Of a stretch of 64,000 nucleotides of DNA, positions 25,646-36,851 are shown one piece after another. Made by a program: the position numbers and the translations under genes. The first letter of the stretch is position 1; each line of letters opens with the position of its first letter. The notes under the pieces are model-generated. The model searched no databases. It saw only the letters and a program-made list of their open reading frames with translations, and was not told where the DNA came from. This stretch comes from Ranitomeya imitator. Lineage: Eukaryota. The DNA is taken from contig NC_091283.1 in NCBI RefSeq assembly GCF_032444005.1, positions 823,174,001 through 823,238,000 on the forward strand, given 5' to 3'.

Positions 25646-26690
25646 AGGTGCTAACAAGAAGAAAAGTTCCTGTATCCTCTCCCTGGAGTCAGTGGTGGCT
25701 GCACAGGGAACAAGATGACAGCAACATGCTGTATTGTGGGTGCTAACAAGAAGAAAAGTTCCTGTATCCTCTCCCTAGAGTCACTGGTGGCTGCACAGGG
25801 AACAAGATGACAGCAACATGCTGTATTGTGGGTGCTAACAAGAAGAAAAGTTCCTGTATCCTCTCCCTAGAGTCACTGGTGGCTGCACAGGGAACAAGAT
25901 GACAGCAACATGCTGTATTGTGGGTGCTAACAAGAAAAAAGTTCCTGTATCCTCTCCCTGGAGTCAGTGGTGGCTACACAGGGAACAAGATGACAGCAAC
26001 ATGCTGTATTGTGGGTGCTAACAAGAAGAAGAGTTCCTGTATCCTCTCCCTAGAGTCACTGGTGGCTACACAGGGAACAAGATGACAGCAACATGCTGTA
26101 TTGTGGGTGCTAACAAGAAGAAAAGTTCCTGTATCCTCTCCCTGGAGTCAGTGGTGGCTGCACAGGGAACAAGATGACAGCAACATGCTGTATTGTGGGT
26201 GCTAACAAGAAGAAAAGTTCCTGTATCCTCTCCCTAGAGTCACTGGTGGCTGCACAGGGAACAAGATGACAGCAACATGCTGTATTGTGGGTGCTAACAA
26301 GAAGAAAAGTTCCTGTATCCTCTCCCTAGAGTCACTGGTGGCTGCACAGGGAACAAGATGACAGCAACATGCTGTATTGTGGGTGCTAACAAGAAAAAAG
26401 TTCCTGTATCCTCTCCCTGGAGTCAGTGGTGGCTACACAGGGAACAAGATGACAGCAACATGCTGTATTGTGGGTGCTAACAAGAAAAAAGTTCCTGTAT
26501 CCTCTCCCTGGAGTCAGTGGTGGCTACACAGGGAACAAGATGACAGCAACATGCTGTATTGTGGGTGCTAACAAGAAAAAAAGTTCCTGTATCCTCTCCC
26601 TGGAGTCAGTGGTGGCTGCACAGGGAATAAGGTGACGGCAACATGCTGTATTGTGGGTGATAATAGACGAAAACTTCCTGTATCCTCTCA
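25646..26690. repeat. 92-bp minisatellite, about 11 copies
   Basis: GGGTGCTAACAAG recurs at 25738, 25830 and onward (period 92). Confidence 0.92.
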
Positions 26691-27449
26691 CTGCAGAATC
26701 AGAAAGTAGAACTTTACTTGTTGTGCCCGGAATATTAATATGATGCTTGGATAGAAGTTAGGTCTTGTATTGTAGCTGCAAGAAGCGTTTAAAGCAACGA
26801 CCTGTTACTTGGCAGTGAACGGGAGCTGGATTACGGGAGTATAATGGTTTCTTCATAGATCCATGAACATTACGGAACTTTCTTATTTGCTTTGCACATG
26901 AAATTCAAGATGTCAGTGAACGGAAACAATCCTTTTCATATTCCAAATCCAAGATCGTGTTCGGATGAGATCCAACCAGTGACCATCGCTCCCAAAGACT
27001 TTACCTTATACTACAGGGATGGGCCAGATCCAGCAGAGTGAAGACGCTTTTTGTTAGCGGCTCTGTGCCCTGGCCGATTGCCCCAGCGTTAGTGGATGGT
27101 CTCAACAGGAAGGGGGCAGACGGCCGACTTCAGGAGAAAGACTATTCTTGGGCGATCTGTGCATGTGGCTGTCAATCAATGAAGCAGAGGGATGAGCTCC
27201 AGACCGCCCACAGTGCACCGAACATTTCATTTGAATAATATGTCAAAGATCGTTTTATTAAAAAGTAGTCGCAGAGTTTACAACTACATGTACGCTTGCT
27301 CTCGGGGTAGACTGCCCTACATGGAGGAGGTGCAATTACTCCATTACATAATTTAGCCCAGAGAGAATCCCTTTAAGAAAAAAATGCCCCTATTGAAACT
27401 ATTTGCGCTTAATTGAACGGCATATGAAATTACAAAAGATATTACTAAC

Positions 27450-27632
27450 CTCCTAAACTGATGATCACGAACCACCCTGCCGCCCCAGATTGTGGGGTCT
27501 ACAACAGTCACCAGAATAACCAGGAAGGTTATAATAAAAATCACCAGAATGGCTACTCGCTGCCGGGAGAACTGTGTGACCGAGGGCAGGCTGCAGTGCC
27601 AGGACACAGGAAACAAGCAGGAGAAACTGATC
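27450..27632 (-). CDS. ENTPD7: ENTPD7 coding exon 2 (ISFSCLFPVSWHCSLPSV...first TM helix...DHQFRR)
   Basis: Acceptor tgtttcag|G, donor AG|GTTAGT; 183 nt; N-terminal TM segment. Confidence 0.9.
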
Positions 27633-28068
27633 CTGAAACACACAAACAAATAGATCATTAGTAAAACATTCCAGCTTCCTCGATAACATTTGAGGGCAAT
27701 TTTTGTTTTTACTTCAATGCATGAAATTGGTGCTAAAATCACTTTTGCAGTCTGGTTTAATTAAAAAAGTTGTACTATTTGCCTTCTATAGGCTCAATGT
27801 TGTACTGTTGTATTGCTGACTAGAAAAGGAGTTAACTGAGGACCCATCAGTGAGCTCCTTCTGACAGTTTTTGGGAGAAACTACGGATCTTTTCAAAATC
27901 AACTAAGAAAGATTGCAAAAGCCCAATTAGTCAATGACCCAGGAAGTCCGCTAATAGACCCTTTTCCACATTCATGTTCCCCAACCAGCTGTTCCAAAAC
28001 TACAACTCCCAGCATACCTCGACAGCGTGAAGCTGACATGCTGAGTTTTTACAACAGCAGAGCAGTTA

Positions 28069-28262
28069 GGCTGCCGTCACACTAGCAGTATTTGGTCAGT
28101 ATTTTACATCAGTATTTGTAAGCCAAAACCAGGAGTGGAACAAATAGAGGAAAAGTATAATAGAAACATATGCACCACTTCAGTATTTGTAAGCCAAAAC
28201 CAGGAGTGGGTGATAAATGCAGATGTAAAATACTGGCCAAATACTGCTAGTGGACAGCAGCC
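28069..28262. mobile_element. Harbinger-type MITE
   Basis: TTA TSDs at 28066 and 28263; GGCTGC..CACACTAGCAGTATTTGG termini; related copy near 40006-40150. Confidence 0.7.
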
Positions 28263-28484
28263 TTATAGATTTTGGAAATCCGGATCTGCAGCCGCGGTCT
28301 CCAACTAGTACAAAACTACAGCTCTCAGCATCTCCTGACAGCAGGGAATATTGGGAGATGTAGTTTTGAAACAGATGAGAAGTTGCAGGATGGAGACGCT
28401 GGTCCGGTCTTCTTATGGATTGGGTGCAGTGATTTCCCCTTTGCAGCCCCCACACGCCATCATTTTTTGCGTTTACGTTATTAC

Positions 28485-28492
28485 CTGGCCAT
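28485..28492 (-). CDS. ENTPD7: ENTPD7 first coding exon segment (ATG GCC AG, MAR)
   Basis: Minus strand reads ATGGCCAG|GTAATA; 8-nt coding start joins G-ATC-AGT-TTC of the next exon to give MARISFS, as recalled for ENTPD7. Confidence 0.8.
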
Positions 28493-28807
28493 AGGATCCA
28501 GTCAGCTGCTCCTCGCCTCTGGTGTCCACATGTCACCTCTTACGCCGTGTGCCGCAGGGATGTGGAGTCACAAATACCAGCATCGCTGCCGCCTCCTCCT
28601 GCCGTCCTGGCTGGGAAGTACAGGAGAGTCACACCTGGTACATGGCCGTCATTTTGCTGTTATAAGCTAAGAGTGACGAGACAGAAGTGTTGAACATTAA
28701 CCGCACAGATAACAGGCAGCTGACGCTGGCCGGAGATAACCAGGAGGCGGCCACTGGCAGGTGCAGACATTACACCAGCAGGACCACCTGGCCCTCAGGG
28801 CTACAAC

Positions 28808-29420
28808 CCTGGGGGCGAAGGAGCCGCCTGCAACTCGGGGATCCCACCCTGGGGGCGGAGGGGCCGCCTGCAACTCGGGGATCCCACCCTGGGGGCGGAG
28901 GGGCCGCCTGCAACTCGGAGATCCCACCCTGGGGGCGGAGGGGCCGCCTGCAACTCGGGGATCCCACCCTGGGGGCGGAGGGGCCGCCTGCAACTCGGGG
29001 ATCCCACCCTGGGGGCGGAGGGGCCGCCTGCAACTCGGGGATCCCACCCTGGGGGCGGAGGGGCCGCCTGCAACTCGGGGATCCCACCCTGGGGGCGGAG
29101 GGGCCGCCTGCAACTCGGGGATCCCACCCTGGGGGCGGAGGGGCCGCCTGCAACTCGGGGATCCCACCCTGGGGGCGGAGGGGCCGCCTGCAACTCGGGG
29201 ATCCCACCCTGGGGGCGGAGGGGCCGCCTGCAACTCGGGGATCCCACCCTGGGGGCGGAGGGGCCGCCTGCAACTCGGGGATCCCACCCTGGGGGCGGAG
29301 GGGCCGCCTGCAACTCGGGGATCCCACCCTGGGGGCGGAGGGGCCGCCTGCAACTCGGGGATCCCACCCTGGGGGCGGAGGGGCCGCCTGCAACTCGGGG
29401 ATCCCACCCTGGGGGCGGAG
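28808..29420. repeat. 40-bp G-rich VNTR, about 15 copies
   Basis: Unit GGGCCGCCTGCAACTCGGGGATCCCACCCTGGGGGCGGAG. Confidence 0.95.
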
Positions 29421-30603
29421 GGGCCGCTTGTCCCTTGGGGCTCCAATGTGGGTGGATGGGCCGCTTGTCCCATGGGGCTCCTATGTGTGTGGATGGGCCG
29501 CTTGTCCCTTGGGGCTCCTATGTGGGTGGATGGGCCGCTTGTCCCTTGGGGCTCCTATGTGGGTGGATGGGCCGCTTGTCCCTTGGGGCTCCTATGTGGG
29601 TGGATGGGCCGCTTGTCCCTTGGGGCTCCTATGTGGGTGGATGGGCCGCTTGTCCCTTGGGGCTCCTATGTGGGTGGATGGGCCGCTTGTCCCTTGGGGC
29701 TCCTATGTGGGTGGATGGGCCGCTTGTCCCTTGGGGCTCCTATGTGGGTGGATGGGCCGCTTGTCCCTTGGGGCTCCTATGTGGGTGGATGGGCCGCTTG
29801 TCCCTTGGGGCTCCTATGTGGGTGGATGGGCCGCTTGTCCCTTGGGGCTCCTATGTGGGTGGATGGGCCGCTTGTCCCTTGGGGCTCCTATGTGGGTGGA
29901 TGGGCCGCTTGTCCCTTGGGGCTCCTATGTGGGTGGATGGGCCGCTTGTCCCTTGGGGCTCCTATGTGGGTGGATGGGCCGCTTGTCCCTTGGGGCTCCT
30001 ATGTGGGTGGATGGGCCGCTTGTCCCTTGGGGCTCCTATGTGGGTGGATGGGCCGCTTGTCCCTTGGGGCTCCTATGTGGGTGGATGGGCCGCTTGTCCC
30101 TTGGGGCTCCTATGTGGGTGGATGGGCCGCTTGTCCCTTGGGGCTCCTATGTGGGTGGATGGGCCGCTTGTCCCTTGGGGCTCCTATGTGGGTGGATGGG
30201 CCGCTTGTCCCTTGGGGCTCCTATGTGGGTGGATGGGCCGCTTGTCCCTTGGGGCTCCTATGTGGGTGGATGGGCCGCTTGTCCCTTGGGGCTCCTATGT
30301 GGGTGGATGGGCCGCTTGTCCCTTGGGGCTCCTATGTGGGTGGATGGGCCGCTTGTCCCTTGGGGCTCCTATGTGGGTGGATGGGCCGCTTGTCCCTTGG
30401 GGCTCCTATGTGGGTGGATGGGCCGCTTGTCCCTTGGGGCTCCTATGTGGGTGGATGGGCCGCTTGTCCCTTGGGGCTCCTATGTGGGTGGATGGGCCGC
30501 TTGTCCCTTGGGGCTCCTATGTGGGTGGATGGGCCGCTTGTCCCTTGGGGCTCCTATGTGGGTGGATGGGCCGCTTGTCCCTGGGGGCTCCTATGCGGGT
30601 GGA
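29421..30603. repeat. 37-bp G-rich VNTR, about 32 copies
   Basis: Unit GGGCCGCTTGTCCCTTGGGGCTCCTATGTGGGTGGAT. Confidence 0.95.
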
Positions 30604-30905
30604 GAGCACTTGCACCCCAGGACATTTAGGGAGCTGGAGGGAACAACTAGAAAAAGGTCTCCCTCATGTGACAATCCCTTTAAGCTAAAAGGGGTATTAG
30701 TAAGTGACAGCTGTCCAGGGGGTGGAGGACACCTGCTGTAAGGGAGCTGGAGGGAATGTAAAGTCATAATAATAATGTTATATATTTATAGCCAGGAGAT
30801 CGGCAGTATATGCTGGGACTTGTAGTTCTACTACTATATAACCTACCGCTCCCTGTAGCTCAGCGTATCAGTCTCCGGCCAGTGTCACTATCCTCTCCCC
30901 TCTAC

Positions 30906-31100
30906 CTCAGAGCCCCATGCCGCCCGGTGCCGCCCGGTGCCCGCAGAACCTCCGCACCCGGAAGTCAGGAGCCGGCACTGCCGCACAGCACTGCGTGCCT
31001 CCGCTACCACGTCTTCAGATTTTTTTTTTTCGGAAAAAAACTTTATTGTCTTTACAACATCGTGCCTGAACATTGTTGTCACGTGACATGGACTGTGGCG
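30906..31100 (-). promoter_or_regulatory. ENTPD7: Probable ENTPD7 promoter and non-coding exon 1
   Basis: CpG-rich patch; minus-strand donor GAG|GTAGAG at 30906/30905; ETS CCGGAAGT at 30958; palindrome GTCACGTGAC at 31078-31087. Confidence 0.5.
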
Positions 31101-32349
31101 GCGGCTTCTTCCGGGGTCTCATCACAAGTGGGGGCCACACTGATAACAGCTGCAGGCGGGAGTCTTCCTCCCCAGTGCTGCTGTCCATCTGAAGTCTTAA
31201 AGGAAAACTTCATCCAAGCCTTAAAGTTCACTTTTGAGTAGTTGTTAAACATTTCCATTAAGTCTCTGGACACAATAACCCAGAATAGGGGATTAGTCCT
31301 AGTGAAACGAAAAATAGAGGCTTTGGCTCAAGCCAGTCCGGACATGGTGGTCTGTGCGGTGTCTGGGTGTCGTCTCCAGAAGGCGCATACCCCAAAATGA
31401 TGCCCCGCGGAGCGCACGATGACCGCGCCAATATAGTACATGGCCCTGGTGGCATATGGGCCCAAAATCCGTTTTTAGGCCGGTTTCACACGTCAGTGTC
31501 TCCGGTACGTGAGGTGACAGTTTCCACACGTACTGGAGACACTGACTCACGTAGACACATTAAAATCATTGTGTCTCTGCACATGTCAGCGTGTTTTCAT
31601 GGATCGTGTGTCCGTGTGCAAAACACGGAGACATGTCAGTGTTCGTGGGAGCGCACGGATTACACGGACCCATTAAAGTCAATGGGTCCGTGTAAAACAC
31701 GTACCGCACACGGACGCTGTCCATGTGCAGTCCGTGTGCCGTGCAGGAGACAACGCTACAGGAAGCGCTGTCCCCCCAGCGTGGTGCTGAAGCCGCCATT
31801 CATATCTTCTTTCCAGCAGCGTTCGCTGGAGAGAAGATATGAAAAATCCTTTTTTTTTTTAATTATTCGTGTTTAACCCCTTTACCCCCAAGGGTGGTTT
31901 GCACGTTAATGACCGGGCCAATTTTTACAATTCTGACCACTGTCCCTTTATGAGGTTATAACTCTGGAACGCTTCAACGGATCCCGGTGATTCTGACATT
32001 GTTTTCTCGTGACATATTGTACTTCATGATAGTGGTAAAATTTCTTTGATATTACTTGCGATTATTTGTGAAAAAAACGGAAATATGGCGAAAATTTTGA
32101 AAATTTTGCAATTTTCCAACTTTGAATTTTTATGCAATTAAATCACAGAGATATGTCACACAAAATACTTAATAAGTGACATTTCCCACATGTCTACTTT
32201 ACATCAGCACAATTTTGGAACCAAAATTTTTTTTTGTTAGGGAGTTATAAGGGTTAAAAGTTGACCAGCAATTTCTCATTTTTACAACACCATTTTATTT
32301 TAGGGGCCACATCTCATTTGAAGTCATTTTGAGGGGTCTATATGATAGA

Positions 32350-34310
32350 AAATACCCAAGTGTGACACCATTCTAAAAACTGCACCCCTCAAGGTTCTCA
32401 AAACCACATTCAAGAAGTTTATTAACCCTTCAGGTGTTTCACAGGAATTTTTGGAATGTTTAAATAAAAATTAACATTTTAAAATTTACTTCAGCTCCAA
32501 TTTGTTTTATTTTGCCAAGAGTTACAGGAGAAAATGGACCCCAAACCTTGTTGTACAATTTGTCCTGAGTACGCTGATACCACATAAGTGGAGGTAAACC
32601 ACTGTTTGGGCGCATGACAGAGCTTGGAAGCGAAGGAGCGCCATTTGACTTTTTAATGCAAAATTGACTGGAATTGAGATGGGACGCCATGTTGCGTTTG
32701 GAGAGCCACTGATGTGCCTAAACATTGAAACCCCCCACAAGTGACACCATTTTGGAAAGTAGACCCCCTAAGGAACTTATCTAGAGGTGTGGTGAGCACT
32801 TTGACCCACCACGTGCTTCACAGAAGTTTATAATGCAGAACCGTAAAAATAAAAAATATTTTTTGTAAAAAAAATGATCTTTTCGCCCCAAATTTTTTAT
32901 TTTACCAATGGTAAGAGAAGAATTTGGAACCAAAAAGTTGTTGCACAATTTGTCCTGAGTACTCTGATACCCCATATGTGGGGGTAAACCACTGTTTGGG
33001 CGCATGGGAGACCTCGGAAGGGAAGGAGTGCCGTTTGACCTTTCAATGCAAAATTGACAGGAATTGAGATGGGACGCCATGTTGCGTTTGAAGAGCCACT
33101 GATGTGCCTAAACATTGAAACCCCCCACAAGTGACAACATTTTGGAAAGTAGACCCCCTAAGGAACTTATCTAGAGGTATGGTGAGCACTTTGACCCACC
33201 ACGTGCTTCACAGAAGTTTATAATGCAGAACCGTAAAAATAAAAAATCATTTTTGTGAAAAAAAAAATGATCTTTTCGCCCCCAATTTTTTATTTTCCCA
33301 ATGGTAAGAGAAGAAATTGGAACCAAAAAGTTGTTGTACAATTTGTCCTCAGTACGCTGATACCCCATATGTGGGGGTAAACCACTGTTTGGGTGCATGG
33401 GAGAGCTCGGAAGGGAAGGAGCGCCGTTTGACTTTTCAATGCAAAATTCACAGGAATTGAGATGAGACGCCATGTTGCGTTTGGAGAGCCACTGATGTGC
33501 CTAAACATTGAAACCCCCCACAAGTGACACCATTTTGGAAAGTAGACCCCCTAAGGAACTTATCTAGATGTGTTGTGAGCACTTTGACCCACCAAGAGCT
33601 TCACAGAAGTTTATAATGCAGAGCCGTAAAAATAAAACAAATTTTGTTTCCCACAAATATTATTTTTTAGCCCCCAGTTTTGTATTTTCCCGAGGGGAAC
33701 AGGAGAAATTGGACCCCAAAATTTGTTGTGCAATTTGTCCTGAGTGCGCTGATACCCCATATGTGGGGGGGAACCACCGTTTGGGCGCATGGGAAGGCTC
33801 GGAAGGGAAGGAGCGCCATTTGGAATGCAGACTTAGATGGAATGGTCTGCAGGCGTCACATTGCGTTTGCAGAGCCCCTGATGTACCTAAACAGTAGAAA
33901 CCCCCAACAAGTGACCCCATATTGGAAACTAGACCCCCCCATGAACTTATCTAGATGTGTTGTGAGAACTTTGAGCCCACACGTATTTCACTACAGTTTA
34001 TAACGCAGAGCCGTGAAAATTAAAAAAATCTTTTTTTTCCCACAAAACTTATCTTTTAGCCCCCAGTTTTGTATTTTCCCAAGGGTAACAGGAGAACTTG
34101 GACCCTAAAAGTTGTTGTCCTATTTGTCCTGAGTACGCTGATACCCCATATATTGGGGTAAACTCCTGTTTGGGCACACGGGAGAGCTCGGAAGGGAAGG
34201 AGCACTGTTTTACTTTTTCAACGTAGAATTGGTTGGAATTGAGATCGGACGCCATGTTGCGTTTGGAGAGCCCCTGATGTGTCTAAACAGTGGAAACCCC
34301 CCAATTATAA
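32350..34310. repeat. ~390-bp tandem subrepeat, about 5 units (element A)
   Basis: CACAAGTGAC(A/C)CCATTTTGGAAA(G/C)TAGACCCC recurs near 32737, 33127, 33520 and 33907. Confidence 0.85.
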
Positions 34311-34312
34311 CT

Positions 34313-34674
34313 GAAACCCTAATCCAAACACACCCCTAACTCTAATTCCAACGGTAACCCTAACCACACCTCTAACCCTGACACACCCCTAACCCTAATC
34401 CCAACCCTATTCCCAACCGCAAATGTAATCCAAACCCTAACCCTAACTTTAGCCCCAACCCTAACTGTAGCCTTAACCCTAACTGTAGCCTTAACCCTAA
34501 CTGTAGCCTTAACCCTAGCCCTAGCCCTAACCCTAGCCCTAACCCTAGCCCTAACCCTAGCCCTAACCCTAGCCCTAACCCTAACCCTAGCCCTAACCTC
34601 AGCCCTAACCCTAGCCCTAACCCTAGCCCTAACCCTAACCCTAGCCCTAACCCTAACCCTAGCCCTAACCCTAA
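34313..34674. repeat. Telomere-like (CCCTAA/CCCTAG)n tract, degenerate then nearly pure
   Basis: Read directly; purest part 34505-34674. Confidence 0.92.
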
Positions 34675-36715
34675 TGGGAAAATGGAAATAAATACATTTT
34701 TTAAATTTTTTTTACTTTTCCCCAACTAAGGGGGTAATGAAGGGGGGTTTGATTTACTTTTATAGCAGGTTTTTTAGCGGATTTTTATGATTGGCAGCCG
34801 TCACTCACTGAAAGACGCTTTCTATTGCAAAAAATATTTTTTGCGTTACCACATTTTGAGAGCTATAATTTTTCCATATTTGAGTCCACAGAGTCATGTG
34901 AGGTCTTGTTTTCTTGCGGGACGAGTTGACGTTTTTATTGGTAACACTTTCGGGCACGTGACATTTTTTGATCGCCTTTTATTCCGATTTTTGTGAGGCA
35001 GAATTACCAAAAACCAGCTATTCATGAATTTCTTTTGGGGGAGGCGTTTATACCGTTCCGCGTTTGGTAAAATTGATAAAGCCGTTTTATTCTTCGGGTC
35101 AGTACGATTACAGCGACACCTCATTTATATCATTTTTTTATGTTTTGGCGCTTTTATACGATAAAAACTATTTTATAGAAAAAATAATTATTTTTGCATC
35201 GCTTTATTCTGAGGACTATAACTTTTTTATTTTTTTGCTGATGTTGCTGTATGGCGGCTCATTTTTTGCGGGACAAGATGACGCTTTCAGCGGTACCCTG
35301 GTTATTTATATCTGTCTTTTTGATCGCGTGTTATTCCACTTTTTGTTCAGCGGTATGATAATAAAGCGTTGTTTTTTGCCTCGTTTTTTTTTTTTCTTAC
35401 GGTGTTTACTGAAGGGGTTAACTAGTGGGCCAGTTTTATAGGTCGGGTCGTTACGGACGCGGCGATACTAAATATGTGTACTTTTATTGTTTTGTTTTTT
35501 TTATTTAGATAAAGAAATGTATTTATGGGAATAATATTTTTTTTTTTTTTTCATTATTTAGGATTTTTTTTTTTTTTTTTACACACTTGTAAAAAAATTT
35601 TTTTTTACTTTTTTACTTTGTCCCAGGGGGGGACAATACAGATCGGTGATCTGCCAGTTTGCACAGCACTCTGACAGATCACCGATCTGTCTGAGAGCAG
35701 TGCAGCGTTACCAAGTGCCTGCTCTGAGCAGGCACTTGGTAAGCCACCTCCCTCCCTGCAGGACCCGGATCCGCGGCCATATTGGATCCGGGACTTGATG
35801 CAGGGAGGGAGGTGGGAGACCCCCGGAGCAACGCGATCACATCGCGTTGCTGCGGGGGTCTCAGGGAAGCCCGCAGGGAGCCCCCTCCCTGCGCGATGCT
35901 TCCCTGCACCGCCGGCACATCGCGATCATGTTTGATCGCGGTGTGCCGGGGGTTAATGTGTCGGGGGCGGTCCGTGACTGCTCCTGGCACATAGTGCCGG
36001 ATGTCAGCTGCGATAAGCAGCTGACACCCGGCCGCGATCGGCCGCGCTCCCCCCGTGAGCGCGGCCGATCGGCTATGACGTACTATTCCGTCCTTGGGAA
36101 GTAAAGCCCACCCCACATGGACGGAATAGTACGTCTAATGGCAGAAAGGGGTTAACCCTTGTCAGGCTGCATAATTTTACAACCTTAACAGGCTGCATAG
36201 GTACAATTGTACCTTCACATATACCTCCACTGTGGGAAGACTTTACTTGGTTTCAGAAACTAAAGTTCATTCAGCTACAAATGTTATGCTGATATCTATT
36301 GTTCAGTGTTGTTACTGGTCACTTATGTTGCTGTCAATTAAGTTAATTCAAACTGGGAGTGGCTTCTACTTGTCTTCCTGCCTCCTTCCTCTCATTAGCC
36401 ATTTTGCTGTTCATCTCATTGCTGTGAGCACACATTTCTAGGCTTGTGAAGTCTTCAATTTCTTGGAAACGAAGGTAGGAAAGTCTCACAGCATCTAACA
36501 GCCAGTTATACCTTTATTCTCATTATGTGGGGACAGAACAGTCAAATTGTCTTTCAGCCTGGACTTGGCTTACATATATTTTGTATGAAACTTATCACTA
36601 TAGGTATAATTTTTATTCGAAAAATGGATAATAATTAGTATCTACATATTGTTTTACGATGTTTTATTTATATTCAGCACAAAATACGAAGCCAAAATTC
36701 ATCTAGCAAGTCATC

Positions 36716-36774
36716 ATGAGTGATAGTAATGCTGGATCTAGTTTCCGCCATAATCCAAGAAAACGTGTTTGCAG
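36716..36774 (+). CDS. piggyBac transposase, predicted exon 1 (MSDSNAGSSFRHNPRKRVCR)
   Basis: ATG at 36716; donor AG|GTTAGT; splices in frame to the acceptor at 36851. Confidence 0.6.
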
Positions 36775-36851
36775 GTTAGTATAATTTTGTGAAAAGCCAA
36801 TAATGTAGTATTTCGGAAAATTATTTATTTTACATTTTTTCATATTTACAG

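Larger units (their letters stand above)
31877..36151. mobile_element. Non-autonomous piggyBac-like element A (4275 bp)
   Basis: TTAA at 31873-31876 and 36152-36155; termini CCCCTTT...AAAGGGG; internal ~390-bp tandem units and telomere-like tract; no transposase. Confidence 0.8.

Noticed and set aside
25646-26690. CRISPR-like array appearance of the regular repeats (also 58841-60711 and 15205-16295)
   Set aside because: Units are contiguous with no unique spacers, there are no cas genes, and the context is eukaryotic intron
11354-28492. Calling the apyrase ENTPD4 and the carrier SLC25A37
   Set aside because: MARISFS start, LFFACILVVLLAI C-terminal helix, the single 325-nt exon, and the carrier's MELE...DCVK and [11 protein letters not shown] sequences all fit the ENTPD7/SLC25A28 pair better
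28687-30741. Long ORFs (684, 622, 417 and 258 aa)
   Set aside because: They are translations of the 40-bp and 37-bp VNTRs, open in several frames on both strands, with no domain content
34372-34725. 117-aa (LG)n ORF
   Set aside because: Translation of the TTAGGG/CTAGGG tract
36182-36212. Apparent 26-bp insertion damaging the left piggyBac terminus
   Set aside because: The duplicated CAGGCTGCATA block has an inverted partner at 38801-38832, so it is a normal internal repeat
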